63,919 nucleotides of DNA, filler included, from Intoshia linei (GCA_001642005.1; 8 parts of 8 records of this genome joined end to end with filler, not necessarily neighbours in it); one strand, 5' to 3'. Counted from the whole stretch's first letter, positions 1 to 13,583 are shown. Notes: a model not told the origin generated them from the sequence alone. A program made the numbers and translations.

Positions 1-169
1 GAATCTTATATATGACAAGAATATTGAGAAAACAAGTCAGATTTCAAATTCAAGGTGCATTTATTATAAGATAAACTACTTCTCAAGGCAATATATGGTT
101 TTTTGAACTGTCAATTAAAATTTGACTTTTTTGTAAAATTTTTCTGAGAGGCCGCAGATTCCCATCTCT

Positions 170-620
170 GAATTAGATGAATACTTGACGATTAACAATA
201 TATGAAGGTTCAAATTCACGGTGGTCGTTACGTTGAACTGATGTAGTGAAAGTTGTCATATGAAATTGAGAATTAGAAAGACTCAGATGTCAAAAATCTT
301 TTTGATACTGGAGATTTACATTTAAGTAAAGTCTTTAATGGCTCTGGAGGTTCTGATAAGTAAGGAATATTCACTTTACCTTTTGATTCCATTTTCCACT
401 TTTTTACAAGACATAGTGGACTAATTATTGACATGGTTCCAATTTGTACACATGGAGCGGATGCGTAATCGCTATTTGGTTGATAATTGTAGGCAGCTTC
501 GATAAAGTCAGATTTACGAGAAGGTCTATTTCTCCTTTTAACAGTTGTAACTCTAACATTTTCCAGCCTTGTTTCACGTTGTTCTTGAGATTCGTTGGCT
601 CTTGAAGCCGAGGTTGTGTA
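170..620 (-). pseudogene. Helitron Rep/helicase N-terminal region, frameshifted remnant
   Basis: Manual minus-strand translation: RANESQEQRETRLENVR...EAAYNYQPNSDYASAPCVQIGTMSIISPLCLVKKWKMESKGKVNIPYLSEPPEPLKTLL...SKRFL, frameshift, NSQFHMTTF...FEPSYIVNRQV. This matches the typical Helitron RepHel N-terminus (AFNY..IGxM..C..GKV.LP.L..PPEPL..NS.FQMTSF..QVYH). Confidence 0.8.
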
Positions 621-870
621 ATTATTATTTCTATATATATTAATATTGTATAATAATAATTTAAATAAATTTTAAAAAGTTTGGCGACACATCTGGAGAT
701 AATTAACGACAGACAAATGTGTCGCGACACGCCGGTTGAAAAGCACTGGGTTAACTAATCAAAAATACGTATTTATGGTCAAACTAACTTATTTAACATT
801 ATTATTAGTAAAGATTTGTAATGAGTACATTATTAGTTGTAATACAACTGTATTTTTAAATTATTTTTAG

Positions 871-1111
871 AGTCAATATTCAAAGAAAATTTAAAAAAAA
901 TCGCTATACATTTAGACGTATTTCCAATTCTGAATTGTGAAGAGTTACTTAAGGGACACTTATCTATTCGAATTAAATTATTTGTTTAGGCTGTAGCTCA
1001 AACTATAATAAATTCAATTCATTCTGATGACAAACTAAAAGTACTATATTTAAACTTTAATTTCAATATTTTAGGTACACATTGATTTAAACAGGATCAT
1101 ATCGAATAAAA
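871..1111 (+). CDS. possible internal exons of an unidentified gene
   Basis: Three AG/GT-bounded segments splice in frame: SIFKENLKKIAIHLD | AVAQTIINSIHSDDKLK | VHIDLNRIISNK. No family recognised. Confidence 0.3.
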
Positions 1112-1238
1112 GTAATTTTAATTACAGAGTCAATCATGTTCCGTTAGTGTATAATAAAAGTCAACTAGTCTTTATGTTATTTCATTAAAGTCACACACAC
1201 ACAAACAAAAATCGCGTAGCCTTTTATATAAGTGAGGA

Positions 1239-1920
1239 TGCTACGCTATTTTTGTTTGTGTGTGTGTCTGTCTGTGTGTTCCACTTTATTGAAATAAATA
1301 CCACTCTTAGAATTTTTTAAAGACCACATTTCAATTACAGTTTTTTCCGGGACGTTTAATAAGATAAATTTCACATCTTATGGGCCAAAAACCCCAGTTG
1401 TCCCTCTTTTAGAACATCAAACGAGTTGGAGAATTTAAAAAAATATATACTCTGATACGGATTTTAAAATCATAAACATTACCATAAATTTAAATTTATA
1501 AAAATTATATCTTCAGGGCCAAAACCCCAAATTACCTTTTTTTTAATGAAAACAGCCCTAGAATTTCAAAACATTTACAGGTAGTACAGTTGTATCCTGT
1601 TAACACACAAAAAATTTCAATTCGAATAAGTGACGACTTTACGGTCAAAAAAGCATTTTAGTATTCATATTTTTTTTTCTAAAAATATTTTATTAAAACA
1701 AAAAATGTGAAATAATTAATGGTACAAAAATTAAAAAAAAAGATTATTCTGATAGAGCTTATTTCAGTTGATATAAATACAAAAGTTCAACCCGAGAAAT
1801 CTACGCATTCCCAATAAAAAATAATTTTTAATATAATCAACCAATATTCTTCATATATTTCGATTAAAATAAAAATTGAAAATGTAAATATTGATCCTAC
1901 AATTTCAAAATAATAAAAAA
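1239..1920 (+). mobile_element. non-autonomous Helitron family copy (5' part with (TG)n tract)
   Basis: Same sequence as the copies at 18498-19239(-), 34328-35761(+), 47137-47713(-) and 51938-52649(+). A family 3' end (...gctagt) lies at 2315-2369, after the gap. Confidence 0.75.
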
Positions 1921-2369
1921 ATAATTTGCAACCTCCATGTTTTAAGTAAATTGTTATAAAATTAGTCCAATTAAAAATCGGATTTTATGTGTGTAAGTGT
2001 TATTAAAAAGTGTTATAATTTATGGACACGTATTTTTGTATTTTTGACGTTTTTATTAAAAAACTTTAGTTAATTTTGTTTTTTTTCATTTTTTTTAATG
2101 ACAACCTTACAATGTGCAATGCAAACGTTTTAACAAAACCTTGATCCAAAGATCCACATTTCCGCACTCGTTACCNNNNNNNNNNNNNNNNNNNNNNNNN
2201 NNNNNNNNNNNNNNNNNNNTTAATTAATTAANNNNNNNNNNNNNNNNNNNNNNNNNNNNNNNNNNNNNNNNNNNNTTTCTTATTAAATTTATTTTTTGGT
2301 CGAATTAATAAAGTCCGCCCTCGGCAGAGATAGGTGCTGTTTATACAAAGTATATGACAGTTTAGCTAG

Positions 2370-3949
2370 TTGCAATGCAAGATCAATATGAGTTGCTAAA
2401 CGACATACTTTCAGAAGTTAAATTATTATCTAGGTGGGTAAATTATTAGTTAAAATAAAAATGTATATCATTATAAATAAAAGCGTTTTCCGAATAAATG
2501 TGTGAAATATTCAAACTCTAAATCGTTGTTATAAAGCATTTTTGTCCCCATTTTTTGTCTACTATTAATTTGAATCTCATTTATTAGAAAAAGTTTTTTA
2601 TTATGTATGTATGTAATAATCCAATGCAATATCCAAGGTCCAATGCTGCTAACCGGAAATATAAATGTGAGATAAATTTGTAGTATTCTATCAAGAACAT
2701 GTAATCTATATGGTTGGTAAATCAAATGAGGCATAACATCTGTCATTTTCTTTATAACACCTGATTTTTGCCCGGTATTGGTTGATGTGGTATCACATAT
2801 GACCATTTTTATTCTTGAAGAGATACCATACATTGTNTGATGTGGTATCACATATGACCATTTTTATTCTTGAAGAGATACCATACATTGTTATAACCGA
2901 TTGCACAACATCAAATATTGTTGATAATGTTCCATTAACTATTATTTTCATTGCAATGCCTATCTGCAAAGATTCGCCGCTAAGACAAATTGATAAATAA
3001 TGTCGATGCTTGTATGTTTTAGAATCAAAGTTGATACAAAGATCACCTTAGTAATTAACAATTAGTTTATTTCTTTCTTTCTGACATACCTTTAAACTAC
3101 ATGCTTGTTTTTAAATGGACGACCTAAGAAATGTCCATTATCCCATTATTTTCATTATTTCGTTAACAATAGAAACAGTACAATTAATAGAATATCCAAA
3201 GATTTCAGATATTTTTACAACATCCGACTGAGACATATTGTGAGAATAAAGCAAATTTGAATTTTTTTCCATTGAATCTGATGTGAAGTTTGATTCTTCA
3301 GCAGTATTATATTTACTAAGATCTTCAATTTCATAAGATGCATCATAGTAAAATTCAGGTAGATTATAAATATTTTTTTTATTTAAGTTACGACAATCTA
3401 CATACCCCATACTGCAGTTTGATTCTCTTTGCATATTGTAAAATTGCTGGTCCAAAATTAATTCAAAAATTTTAGGTTTACAAGAAATGTCAAATAATTT
3501 GATAAATTTTTTATGTTTGCCATGCCTTATGTTTTGATATTTTCTTGTTATTAATTGTAATAATCTACGCTATATTGAATTCTTTGTAATTGTTTTAATT
3601 CGAGTTTTTCCATAAAAATATTAATTCATCAGAAATCAAATCAATTCGATCATTAACGGACTTGGTAGTGTGAAATAGAAATGCATATCTTTCTAATGTA
3701 TTAATTTCAGTTGCCAATCGAGATAAATCACTTAACTTATTCATTATTATAAAACTTGTTTAAAAATTGTTACGCTAATTACCGTTAAAATATTTGAAAA
3801 TAAACCTCACATTTTATATATACTTAAGATCATATAAATTGATTTAGGGCACACATTTTTAAAAAATTGACCATTTTTAATAGGCACATACGTTATTACA
3901 CACTTTGAAGTATATGGTGTGACCATGGATTTTTTTTTGAGCAGCCCTA
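2370..3949 (-). mobile_element. degenerate DNA transposon with hATm-like transposase
   Basis: Minus-strand terminus TAGGGCTGCTC at 3949. ORF 2471-2851 has CDTTSTNTGQKSGV...YQPYRLHVLD (DTxxxNTG...CxxH-type motif). ORF 3138-3455 may be the N-terminal part. Confidence 0.6.
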
Positions 3950-4085
3950 ATATATATACATAAACAACAAAATTGTGTTCAATAAAATTACTAAGTGTAA
4001 TTCTTTACACATCGAAACAATGCTAAAATTAAATATTTATTTCATATAAAATTTAAACAATTAATGATAAAACAGTTAATAATTT

Positions 4086-4604
4086 TTAAATTATTTCTAC
4101 ATGATGTAATAATTCAAAAATATTTCCATTTATTACACAACTATTTTTTCTGTCAACACTTTCAATTACGAATGCAATAAGGTTTAATCGAACAATTTCA
4201 CTAATAATAAGATTGATAATTCCATTCGACGTCCTCATATTTTTGACCAATATATTTTTTATTTTCACATATATAGTTATTGTAAATATTTGCTTTGCAA
4301 AATGTAGTATATTCATAGTACCATAATGATATAAATAATATACAAACATAAATATGACTACTATGCTAAAATAAACGTCCATAAGATCTGAAATTATCAT
4401 TATCATCCTTGTATTATCATAGTATTTGTATTGCAAAAAGTACGTCAACAATGATACAACCATTTGAAAATATTCATCACCTGTGACTTCAAAAATATGT
4501 AATATTCGGATTTCGTACAAATATTCGTTAAACATTTTTACATATTCAGCCAAATTGATATCCAAAATTTTAAAATTATATAAAGGCTCATATTTTACTA
4601 CTTT
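4086..4604 (-). CDS. unidentified hydrophobic protein, 3' end; frame open to the gap
   Basis: 159-aa ORF whose frame stays open to the gap at 4605; contains hydrophobic stretches. No homology recognised. Confidence 0.3.
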   Translation of the reverse strand, partial: KVVKYEPLYNFKILDINLAEYVKMFNEYLYEIRILHIFEVTGDEYFQMVVSLLTYFLQYKYYDNTRMIMIISDLMDVYFSIVVIFMFVYYLYHYGTMNILHFAKQIFTITIYVKIKNILVKNMRTSNGIINLIISEIVRLNLIAFVIESVDRKNSCVINGNIFELLHHVEII

Positions 4605-4704
4605 NNNNNNNNNNNNNNNNNNNNNNNNNNNNNNNNNNNNNNNNNNNNTTAATTAATTAANNNNNNNNNNNNNNNNNNNNNNNNNNNNNNNNNNNNNNNN
4701 NNNN

Positions 4705-5108
4705 ACCAATATTTTTCAAATATTTCGATTAAAATTAAAAATTGAAAATGTAAATATTAATCCTACAATTTCAAAAAAAAATGCGCATTGTACGTCTACA
4801 CATTTCCAATAAAGACATATGGGTGAAAATCTATATAATTCATTCCTTCGGAATTTTTTTTATTGCTACGCAATTTTTAAATTTCCAATTTTCATTTTCA
4901 AAACATTTTTATTAAAACATTCAAATTTAAATAAGAAAACTACAACAACAAAACTAAAAAAGCTTTGTATATATTTTATTATCATTTTTATATTACAATG
5001 CTTTGCAATAATGGCAAAATCGACTAAATTTATTTTTTTGGTATAATAAAAATGTGCCTTCGGCAGAGCTAGATGCTGTTTGTACGTAGTACATAACAGT
5101 CAAGATAG
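4705..5108 (+). mobile_element. non-autonomous Helitron copy (3' part)
   Basis: Family body plus 3' end gtgccttcggcagagctagatgctgtttgtacgtagtacataacagtcaagatag|t. Confidence 0.75.
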
Positions 5109-5343
5109 TATAAATATATCGCGCTGCACAAAATTGCAAAGGTTTCGATACAGTAGAATTAGGTTAACTGAGAATGATTACAAATTAACTTGTCTGCTCA
5201 AACTCCTTTTTCATAAATGGGAAATTATCCAGTGGTTAATGATGAATCCTTCATTGAAAAAAAAATGAAGAACAAATTTTTACGCTCTAAATCTTTGAAT
5301 AATCAGCTTTCCCATATTTACTCTAACATACTCAAAAAGACTT

Positions 5344-8300
5344 TTAATGTTTTTGGACGACCCCAGTTTCCTATTATATACAATTCTGGTTAAATTACAT
5401 TGTGACAAATGATTCTGTAATTGTGTTGATTGGTAATAATAAAGGGAAAAACTGTCATTAAACTGTTATCAATTATAACCACAATGGTAAAATTGAATCT
5501 AAATGTATATAAAAAATGGAATAAATTGAAAAAATAAACCTCTGAGAATAATTGTCTATGAAAACAATATTTTCTCTAATATTGCATGTTTTTTCTGAAT
5601 AATGTGTTAATTCACACTCATATACATCTCGTTCTAAAAGTTAGTTATCATAAAACTATTTAAATAAACCTTGAGGTGTTATTTTAACATCTACTGACAA
5701 GTGACTCAACATTTTAGGTACAGAGAATTCTAATTTTAAATTTCTAAATTTTGAAATGAGATTACATAATCTCCATTATATAAAAAAATACCCATCATAT
5801 TCACTGCCAATGATTTTAAATTTGCTAGTTTGTTTAATATGCGTGGGAATAGGACTAGAAATGTACGCTATAGGATCAAATTCTATGTACGGACATTTAT
5901 AATCCCCTTCCAATTCCAACGCTTGTAATATACAATTTTGATTGGATTTTAATGAGAAATGAACCTTACCATTGTAACTTCCAATTTTATCTGCATTAAT
6001 AAAATGATATACTAACTGTAAATTATATTTTAATTAATTAAACCTGGATTAAATTTCATAAAAATAAATATTTCCTCGTGAGGTTTTAACAAAAAGGTGT
6101 CCCCAAGTATATTTGTGGCATTTTGTTGGTTAATGTACATTTCGAAAAATTGAAGGGTTTTCGAGTTATACGGAATTAAATTCGATACAGATATAACATG
6201 TTCGCATTCATCAGTATTTGAAATTAACATCTAATTGGTAATATAGTATTTTAAACGATATTGTTACTTTTTGGGTAACATTTTGTACATCTTTTGATTC
6301 TTCATACATCATTTTTTTTAAAAAGTACACTTTATTCTCTGAAAATTCGATAAGTTTGCAAAGAGATGTTGCAGTAATTTTTCTTTTTGGTGTAATAGTA
6401 TTGAATATTACAGGAGTGGGATTAATATTTCTATCAATAGTGTTTCGTGATGCAGCACATGGAGTGTGTGCTTCGGGTGTGTTTGAAGGCGTTGGAGCTA
6501 CTGCATTATTAATAAAAACGCTTGCTATAAAATTGTAGGAAGCAATCTAAAATTTATGTAATAATATTTTTTAATTGGAAAAACGTACCCTAGTTGGTTT
6601 AAACGTCAATTTTGCTTTTAGCTTTTCTGTGGGACCAATATCAATTGCATATATTCCGGCATTTTTATCTATATACTTCCCATCCTCTAAAACGTTTAGC
6701 TTTGTTAGATAATTTATTACTATAAGAAATGTCTTCAAATTGAATCGAAAAATCTGAATATTCTTTCAGATTAAAAAGAATTCTACCATCTGTACTCGAC
6801 TAAATTTAAAAAATACGAAATATTCCAAAACCGGTAAAATTATACATTATTAATGATTGTAAAAGGAACGCTCTTTTCTCCGCCAACATACACGCCACCA
6901 AAAGGAAAATTCGGCTCCAAAATAGATACTGTTGGATATTCTACCATTCCTCCTATGCGTAATGATAACGGCCTACAACCACGGACATTGACTTTTAAAA
7001 GACAATCAAATTTTTTTATGGACGTCGGTGTATACTCTAATCTAAATATTATCATTATAGATTCATATTTGTATAATAATTACATCAAACCGCAAGTTGA
7101 ATTGACACAAATACATCCTTCATCTTTATAAATCCTCATTCCTTTTATAGGTTCTGTTTCCACAACCTAAAATATTGAATTCAATGTAAAATTTTTTAAA
7201 AAATTGAAAATCACCTAAAAACCCTGTTCACCTTTTTAAGTTAATAAAATTACCCGATAATAAGCAACACAAGGTCCAGTATTCTTTAAATATATTATTC
7301 TTTTGGTAGTAAGGAAAAGTGGTATTGCTCCCAAATTTAGACGTCGTTTCATAAAGGAAACGTTGCATTTTCCAATCTGCATTTAAATTATACAAAATAC
7401 TAGTTGAATTTGTTAGCATTTAAATAATTTAGAAAAATATTTTTAGTAAAAATTATTTACATCAATATTAGCTAAAGCGGGCAGCACACCGCTTTTTCAA
7501 ATTTTTTACAAAATAATTTGTCGAAAAAAATTTGGTTATCACTAATTCACAGTTTAAATAAAATATACCGATGCCACACATTTTAAACTTTGAGAATCTC
7601 CATATTTCACACAAAGATTAAATAGAGATTCCAGTGGAGCATTATAATAACAATGAAATCTGGCCTCACATTTTAAGATTGAATTGGGGGCAATAACTCC
7701 TAAGTACGAATAAAAATAAAAAGTGGAAAATATAGCCAATTACCGCACGCGGGTCTAATAGAAATAGCGGTTCCTGATTCACTTATAACAGGGTTCCAAT
7801 TAAAATTGGCTGGACTATTCAATTCGTTTTTAAGAGTAATCATGCTTTTTGCGTCTAAACGTGGATAAATTATAGTTAATACTTGAAAAAATTTCAAATT
7901 AATTTTAAATATTTTAATGAATAAATTACAACTGTTGAGTGAAACATTGGATAATGAGTTTTTAAGAAATATTAAATTTTTTTCAATGTGTATTCTAGGC
8001 TTCTCCAATTGTGCCATAATCGTTATATGATTCGAATAAAAATTATTAATTGCATAATTGACAGATCTAGAAGATTTCATAAAGTCATTAATTATTCATG
8101 TAAGTCATAATACCTGATAAATTTCCCAAGGTTTAGAGATTCAAATACTAAAGGTATCGACACATGGGCTAAAGGTGGAATAATAACATTGATAGGACTT
8201 GTTTTACACAATTCTTTACATTTAATCTATTGGAAAATACATTTTATACATTGATTTATACTTTCAAGTTAAAACTGATCCATGTTTTTAAACCGTTTAT

Positions 8301-11300
8301 AATTTTCAACATTTTTTCCACGACAGATCCACTGCATATCTCTCCAAAATCAATTACTGTAGGTTCTAAATTTAATAAATTGTATTTAAATATGGATCTG
8401 TTTTTCTATCTTCCAGAGAATAAAGACACAAGTTAGCTAACTTAGCACCTTCAAAACAGTTTTAGAAAGATAACAATTTTTATTAAAATTTTAAGTATAT
8501 AAAAAGAGTCCTTAGAAATTTAAAAAGTATACATTTTGCAACAGTTTTTAAAAGTTTGTAAATAATTTTCATATTGTCAGAATTTATAGTTTACGTTACA
8601 ATAAATTTGATGGTAAAAATAAAACATTTTTCACACAAACTTAAATTTTATCGAGAGCACGAGGATGGGCTCTTTCGCATATAATACGTGATCAGTCTCA
8701 CAAGTAATAAATTTTATAACAAGACGTTTGGGAATGTTTTCAATTCATGATATTTTTATTCATGAGTAAATTCCAAGTTTACGTAAATAAAATATTTTGA
8801 ATATTTTTATTTAGATCAGGGTTTCCCAACCTTGTATTTCGTGTTCCCTAAAATTAATCAAAAATTTATTTCCATTTTAATTTTTTTGATGTGTCTTTTT
8901 TATCGATTTCATAATATATTCTACAAGGTTTGAGATATAATATTATTTTTATTAAATTGACATCTTTTAAAGACAACAAAATTAGATAAATTCATAGGGT
9001 TTTTATAAAAGACCGTTTTGGGTGGTCACTTTTGAGAGGTTATGATAAAATTATATTGTAAATGTTTAAATTTTAATTACCAATTATTATTTTATTTAGT
9101 TGTATTGGACTTAATACTAAACTACAATCGTAATGTTGTCTTTTATTCATTGGAACTGCATATAATCCGTCTGTTTTAATCTAGAATATTGAAAATATTA
9201 ATATTTTATTCAATATGTATTACCTTTGATAATATAAAGTTTTTTAATGAATCTGATCTACATATCACTTCTTCATTTGAATTTTCTTTTATAAAATATT
9301 AATAATGATAATATGAGTAATTTACTCTCTATTTCCAAATTTTCTAATGATAAATTTGGCGATTGTAACCCTACTGCTGGTCGAATTTCTATATCTGTAG
9401 AATTATTGAACTTGAAGTAATCTCTAGAAATTAAATTAATTACTTAATGTTTACACACGTCCAATTAAACTAAAATTCCATGTTGCCAAAGTTTGTGGCA
9501 AGACTCGGAACGAGAAACTTAGAGAATTTTATTAAAATGACGTGAATAGTCGTAAGTTGATATTTTGCTTATTGAAAAATATTATAAAATATTAAAATAC
9601 AACATCCCTTTTATCGAATCATTCCTATTAATTTACATTAACGTTAATACAAAATTGCAACATATAATATTCTCTAAAGCAGGTAATTCAACCTTTTTTA
9701 AATTTAGCACCCCGTTAACCAAATCAATTATTTCCAGCACCTCTGCAAAAATAAAAAATGATACCTTAAAATTCAACTTAAAAATCGTATTTTATTGAGA
9801 TTTAAAAAAATCACCCTATCAAACATAATCAATAAATTAACATAGAAGCTGTATTTGATGAGATTTAAATTATATATGATGTCAATTAAACCAATATTTT
9901 TCTGGAATAAATAAAAGCAAAAAAACTATGTAATTAAAAAAATATTTTAGATTACATAATAAATTTGTGATGAATCATCACTAATGATATAATTAATGAC
10001 AGTTTTGTTGTTGTTTATCGTAAACAAGTTTATCATATCTGGTTTTGTTTGAGATAACAAACCCTCATATCGTGTGACAACTTATCTCCCCATCTATATC
10101 TACTTTTCGATTTTTGGTCATATTGTGCTCTATTAATGTGAAAATTCTCAATAAATCTATTTTCATCATTTTGGATGTTTTTCTATTCGTTTTAAAAAAA
10201 AGGTTGAAGCTTGGAATTACACATTATAACATGACAATTCATGCATTGAGATCTATCTTCTTCCCACTTTCTATAAGCCCAGTAAATCCATATTTTACGT
10301 ATTTATTATTCTATTTGCGAATTTTTTGCATATATCAATATACACTCATTTGAGTGATAAAATACGTTTCATTAGATTTTTTTATTAACATTTTTTATTC
10401 AAATTTTAAAAAAAATAAAATAGTTTTTCCAGCACCCCTGAAATTAATTCTAGCACCCCTAGGGGTGCTAGTACCCCGCTTAAGAAACCCTGATCTAGCG
10501 CGATATTCATCTGAGCGATGCATTGTTGGAGCAATACATCATAGAGCGACATAATCATCGATTTTACTAATTTATCATATTATTGATTTTTTCAATTTTG
10601 TGGTTTCTTTAGGGAAAATTTTTTCACCCAATTTTTAAAGATTTTGAAAATAATTTTTGAATAATATTTTATGGGAACATTTTTTTTACCAAATTTTTAA
10701 AGTTTGTTATAATACCTTAAAATGTAGAAATTATTCCATTTAAAATCTTATCCAATTTTTATCCCAAAATTATCTTCAAAATCTTTAAAAATTGGGTGAA
10801 AAAATCAATAATATGATTATAATTAGTAAAATCAATGATTATGTCGCTCTAACAATACATCACTCAAATAAATGATGCTCATCTCAATGTTCGCTACACA
10901 AATATGTAGAAAATTAGTAAATATTTTGCTATTTTATATTATGACATTCTTTTTAAACTTTATATATTAATGAATAAGATGGAGTGTAATTTTAAATCAC
11001 AAAATAATAGTTTAAAATAAAGTGAAACTGGTAAATATTAAAAGTATTCCGTGTGATGAGTTGATTGTTTCAAATTTACCTTCTCATGGTTTGAATGTAT
11101 TTTTCATTTTTAAATTTTTTTAAATAATCCTTGTATTTTTTTTCATTATTCATTTTTGCATTTTGGCTAATTTCGTTGTGCATGTAATCCACATCCACAT
11201 AGGTGTATCGAGGAATTTTTTTAAAAATAGTTCTACAATTAAAAAATAAATTAGTTTCATAAAAAATAACATTGCGTATTTATAATGATAATTTGTATGT

Positions 11301-13583
11301 CCCTTTAGGTTTTCCCTTTTTTAATCTAGATTGGGTCCTCGATAATAATAAAAAAATTGAAATATTTTGTGGCCTAAAAATGTGTAAAGCGTTTTTCAGG
11401 GAGGTTGGGTCCATAAAAAACACGTGAGTTTAAATTGATATCTAATTTTAGATTTTTCCATAAAAATGTAAAGACATTGTTAACAATTAGCAGTTTAAGA
11501 ATAGAAAGGTCATTTATTTTGATTAACCAACCTGTATTCTCCATTTTTTTGAGAACATGGTTTTAAACTTTGAGGTCTGTCATTTGGAAAAGAAACAATA
11601 TCGTTTTGAACTTGAGAATTGAGGATATTTCCGATATTATGGAGCGAAGAGTTGGTACAGTTGTGGAATATATTTTTTGATTGATTTTTATTAATATTTT
11701 TGAATGGTATGTCACATGAAAGTCCAATTTCGTTGGTTATGCGTGGTGTAATACCTGTATTAAAATTTTAAAAGGTAAAATAAATTTCTAACCTAGATTA
11801 ATTTTAAAGGGAATATCAATCGGTTGAATAATACATTCTGCAATTAAATTAATTACAACAGTGTGAATCGAAATTTTGTTCATTTGAAACATATCATTCT
11901 TGTCACACATGTAGCCAATAATATTTATTCGCTGCAATGTGTTTAAATTTCCTATTAAAAAATAAAATATTTATTACATTACAGTAATTTACCCAATTGT
12001 TTTGGATTATATTTAATTTCCAAGTTTTTAATTTCATTTGGCTGAAAAGAACAAATTCCCGGAGTAACAGTGAAATGAGCAATTTTGGCAGATTCGATGG
12101 TAAGATTAACCAATTTAGATATGTTTTTTAAAACAATGCGACTTTTAGCAGATTCATTTATTCGCAATTTTGGAAATTCAATCACTTTATGCGACAAAAT
12201 GGTCATTTTCGGGTACACAGATAAAGCTAATATTCCAATTTCGAATGCTATCATTAATTGATGTATTAACAATTATTTTAATACATTTTTGCTGATTAAT
12301 TTTGAATCCTCCTAAAATTTTAAATTTGAGTATCACAGAAATTTCTTCATTTTTTATTTTCTTTGAAATGTGTTTAAATCCACATTTTTTCGTATTTAAT
12401 CTAGATTATTCAAAATCATTAAACCAATCACTCTTACCGGGGACTAAATTTAATAAAAATGTTTATTTTTCCATTTGGGTCTAAAGTTCCTTCATTAGGA
12501 AACACCGAAAACATAGAACAAATGCTTTGACTCTAAAAATACTTTGTGTAACTTTCCTTATAAAATACAATATCATTACATCGTCACTGTAATTTTCTAT
12601 TGATACTACAAAATTTGTATATTCGGGAGATTCATTGTACAATATTCCTTGATACAAGGAATCTGAATAAATCGTAAAGTAAATATACGTTTAAATTTAA
12701 CCTGTTCCATAAAGTATTCCCCCAAGTCGAATAATTTTTATTGGATTTTTAATTTGTTCCATTAATTTTTCTTGGTTTTCATCAGTACTTGTTGAATGTA
12801 GAAAATGTAATTTTGGTGACACAATTTTTGCTTTTATGGTCATTTCCTTTTCAATGTTATCGTCAAGTGAAATTCTAAAATTTTTTGTGGAAATATAAAA
12901 AAGTCTTTACTTTACGACATGCTCAATGTTTTGTTCAGTAAATGCTAATAATTCAACCTAAATGTATTGATAATTACCCACCATTTAAGAAAACTTACAG
13001 ACACAGATTCGCATTTTCCAGGGTCAATTGTACTCGTCAGTGGTTTAAAATTTATGAAATGACCTGGTTCGCAATTTAAAGTAAAGTTCCCTTTACTGGA
13101 TCCAATATTTTTAAAAACAATTTCTTGTGTAAATATTTTTTGGTTGGCCAATATTGTACCAAAATCGACAACACCATCAAATTCAATTACCGGTTTTTTA
13201 ACGTACCTAAAATTGGTAAACTATTACAATTATATTACATTTTGATGGGAATCTTTATGACATTGTCATTGGCCACCAAAACCAACCGATCAATTGTATC
13301 TTTGTATGCATCTACCGTTAATTCAATCAAGCCTTTTATTTCCAAGCCAGTCGCTACTACCACTTTTTCACTCTTGGTTTTTAATTTAAAACACTAATAT
13401 AATTTAAAGCTTGTTTTCACGTTATGTGATTACCTTATTTTCGGGCGCATAAAAGCGCAAGGAAATGCTTTTATCCATTTTATTTTTGACGGAAACTTTA
13501 ACGCAATATTTACCTTGAGGTTCAACATGATTAAATATAATTTCGTTCGGTATTATTTCAACATTTTTAATATCAAACGTCAT
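5344..13583 (-). CDS. CFAP47: cilia- and flagella-associated protein 47 (multi-exon; only the N-terminal ~40% is visible)
   Basis: ATG at 13583. Spliced peptides: MTFDIKNVEIIPNEIIF...; VVDFGTILANQKIFTQEIVFKNIG; RTIFKKIPRYTYVDVDY; STDIEIRPAVGLQSP; HYDCSLVLSPIQL...PTVIDFGEIC; FNWNPVISESGTAISIRPACG; LRIGGMVEYPTVSILEPNFPFGGVYVGG; RFNFTIVVIIDNSLMTVFPF. These follow human CFAP47 in order. Last clear exon ends at 5399. Confidence 0.9.
10100..10492 (-). mobile_element. hAT (Buster/Charlie-like) 5' fragment in a CFAP47 intron
   Basis: Terminus CAGGGTTTCTTAAGCGGGG next to a TCTAG target; degenerate KIRK*NNKYVKYGFT BED-type N-terminus. Confidence 0.6.
10498..10894. mobile_element. fold-back MITE with long inverted arms, flanked by TA
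   Basis: tagagcgacataatcatcgattttactaatttatcatattattgattttttca (10543-) is the near reverse complement of 10797-10851; TA on both sides. Confidence 0.65.

Noticed and set aside
425-730. 101-aa ORF in the track
   Set aside because: Wrong frame over the Helitron remnant and a hAT terminus.
2176-2275. TTAATTAATTAA embedded in N runs (also near 4650, 26500, 33105, 49083, 58835, 61230)
   Set aside because: Artificial six-frame-stop scaffold linker, not biological. Adjacency across these joins is unproven.
2784-2891. Exact ~50-bp tandem duplication around a single N (also 58571-58632)
   Set aside because: Unmerged contig overlap, an assembly artefact.
8817-10492. CAGGGGTTTCCC...GAAACCCTG as one hAT element enclosing CFAP47 exons
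   Set aside because: Flanks (ATTTAGAT / ATCTAGCG) match poorly and the CFAP47 exons are collinear; two independent insertions are more likely.
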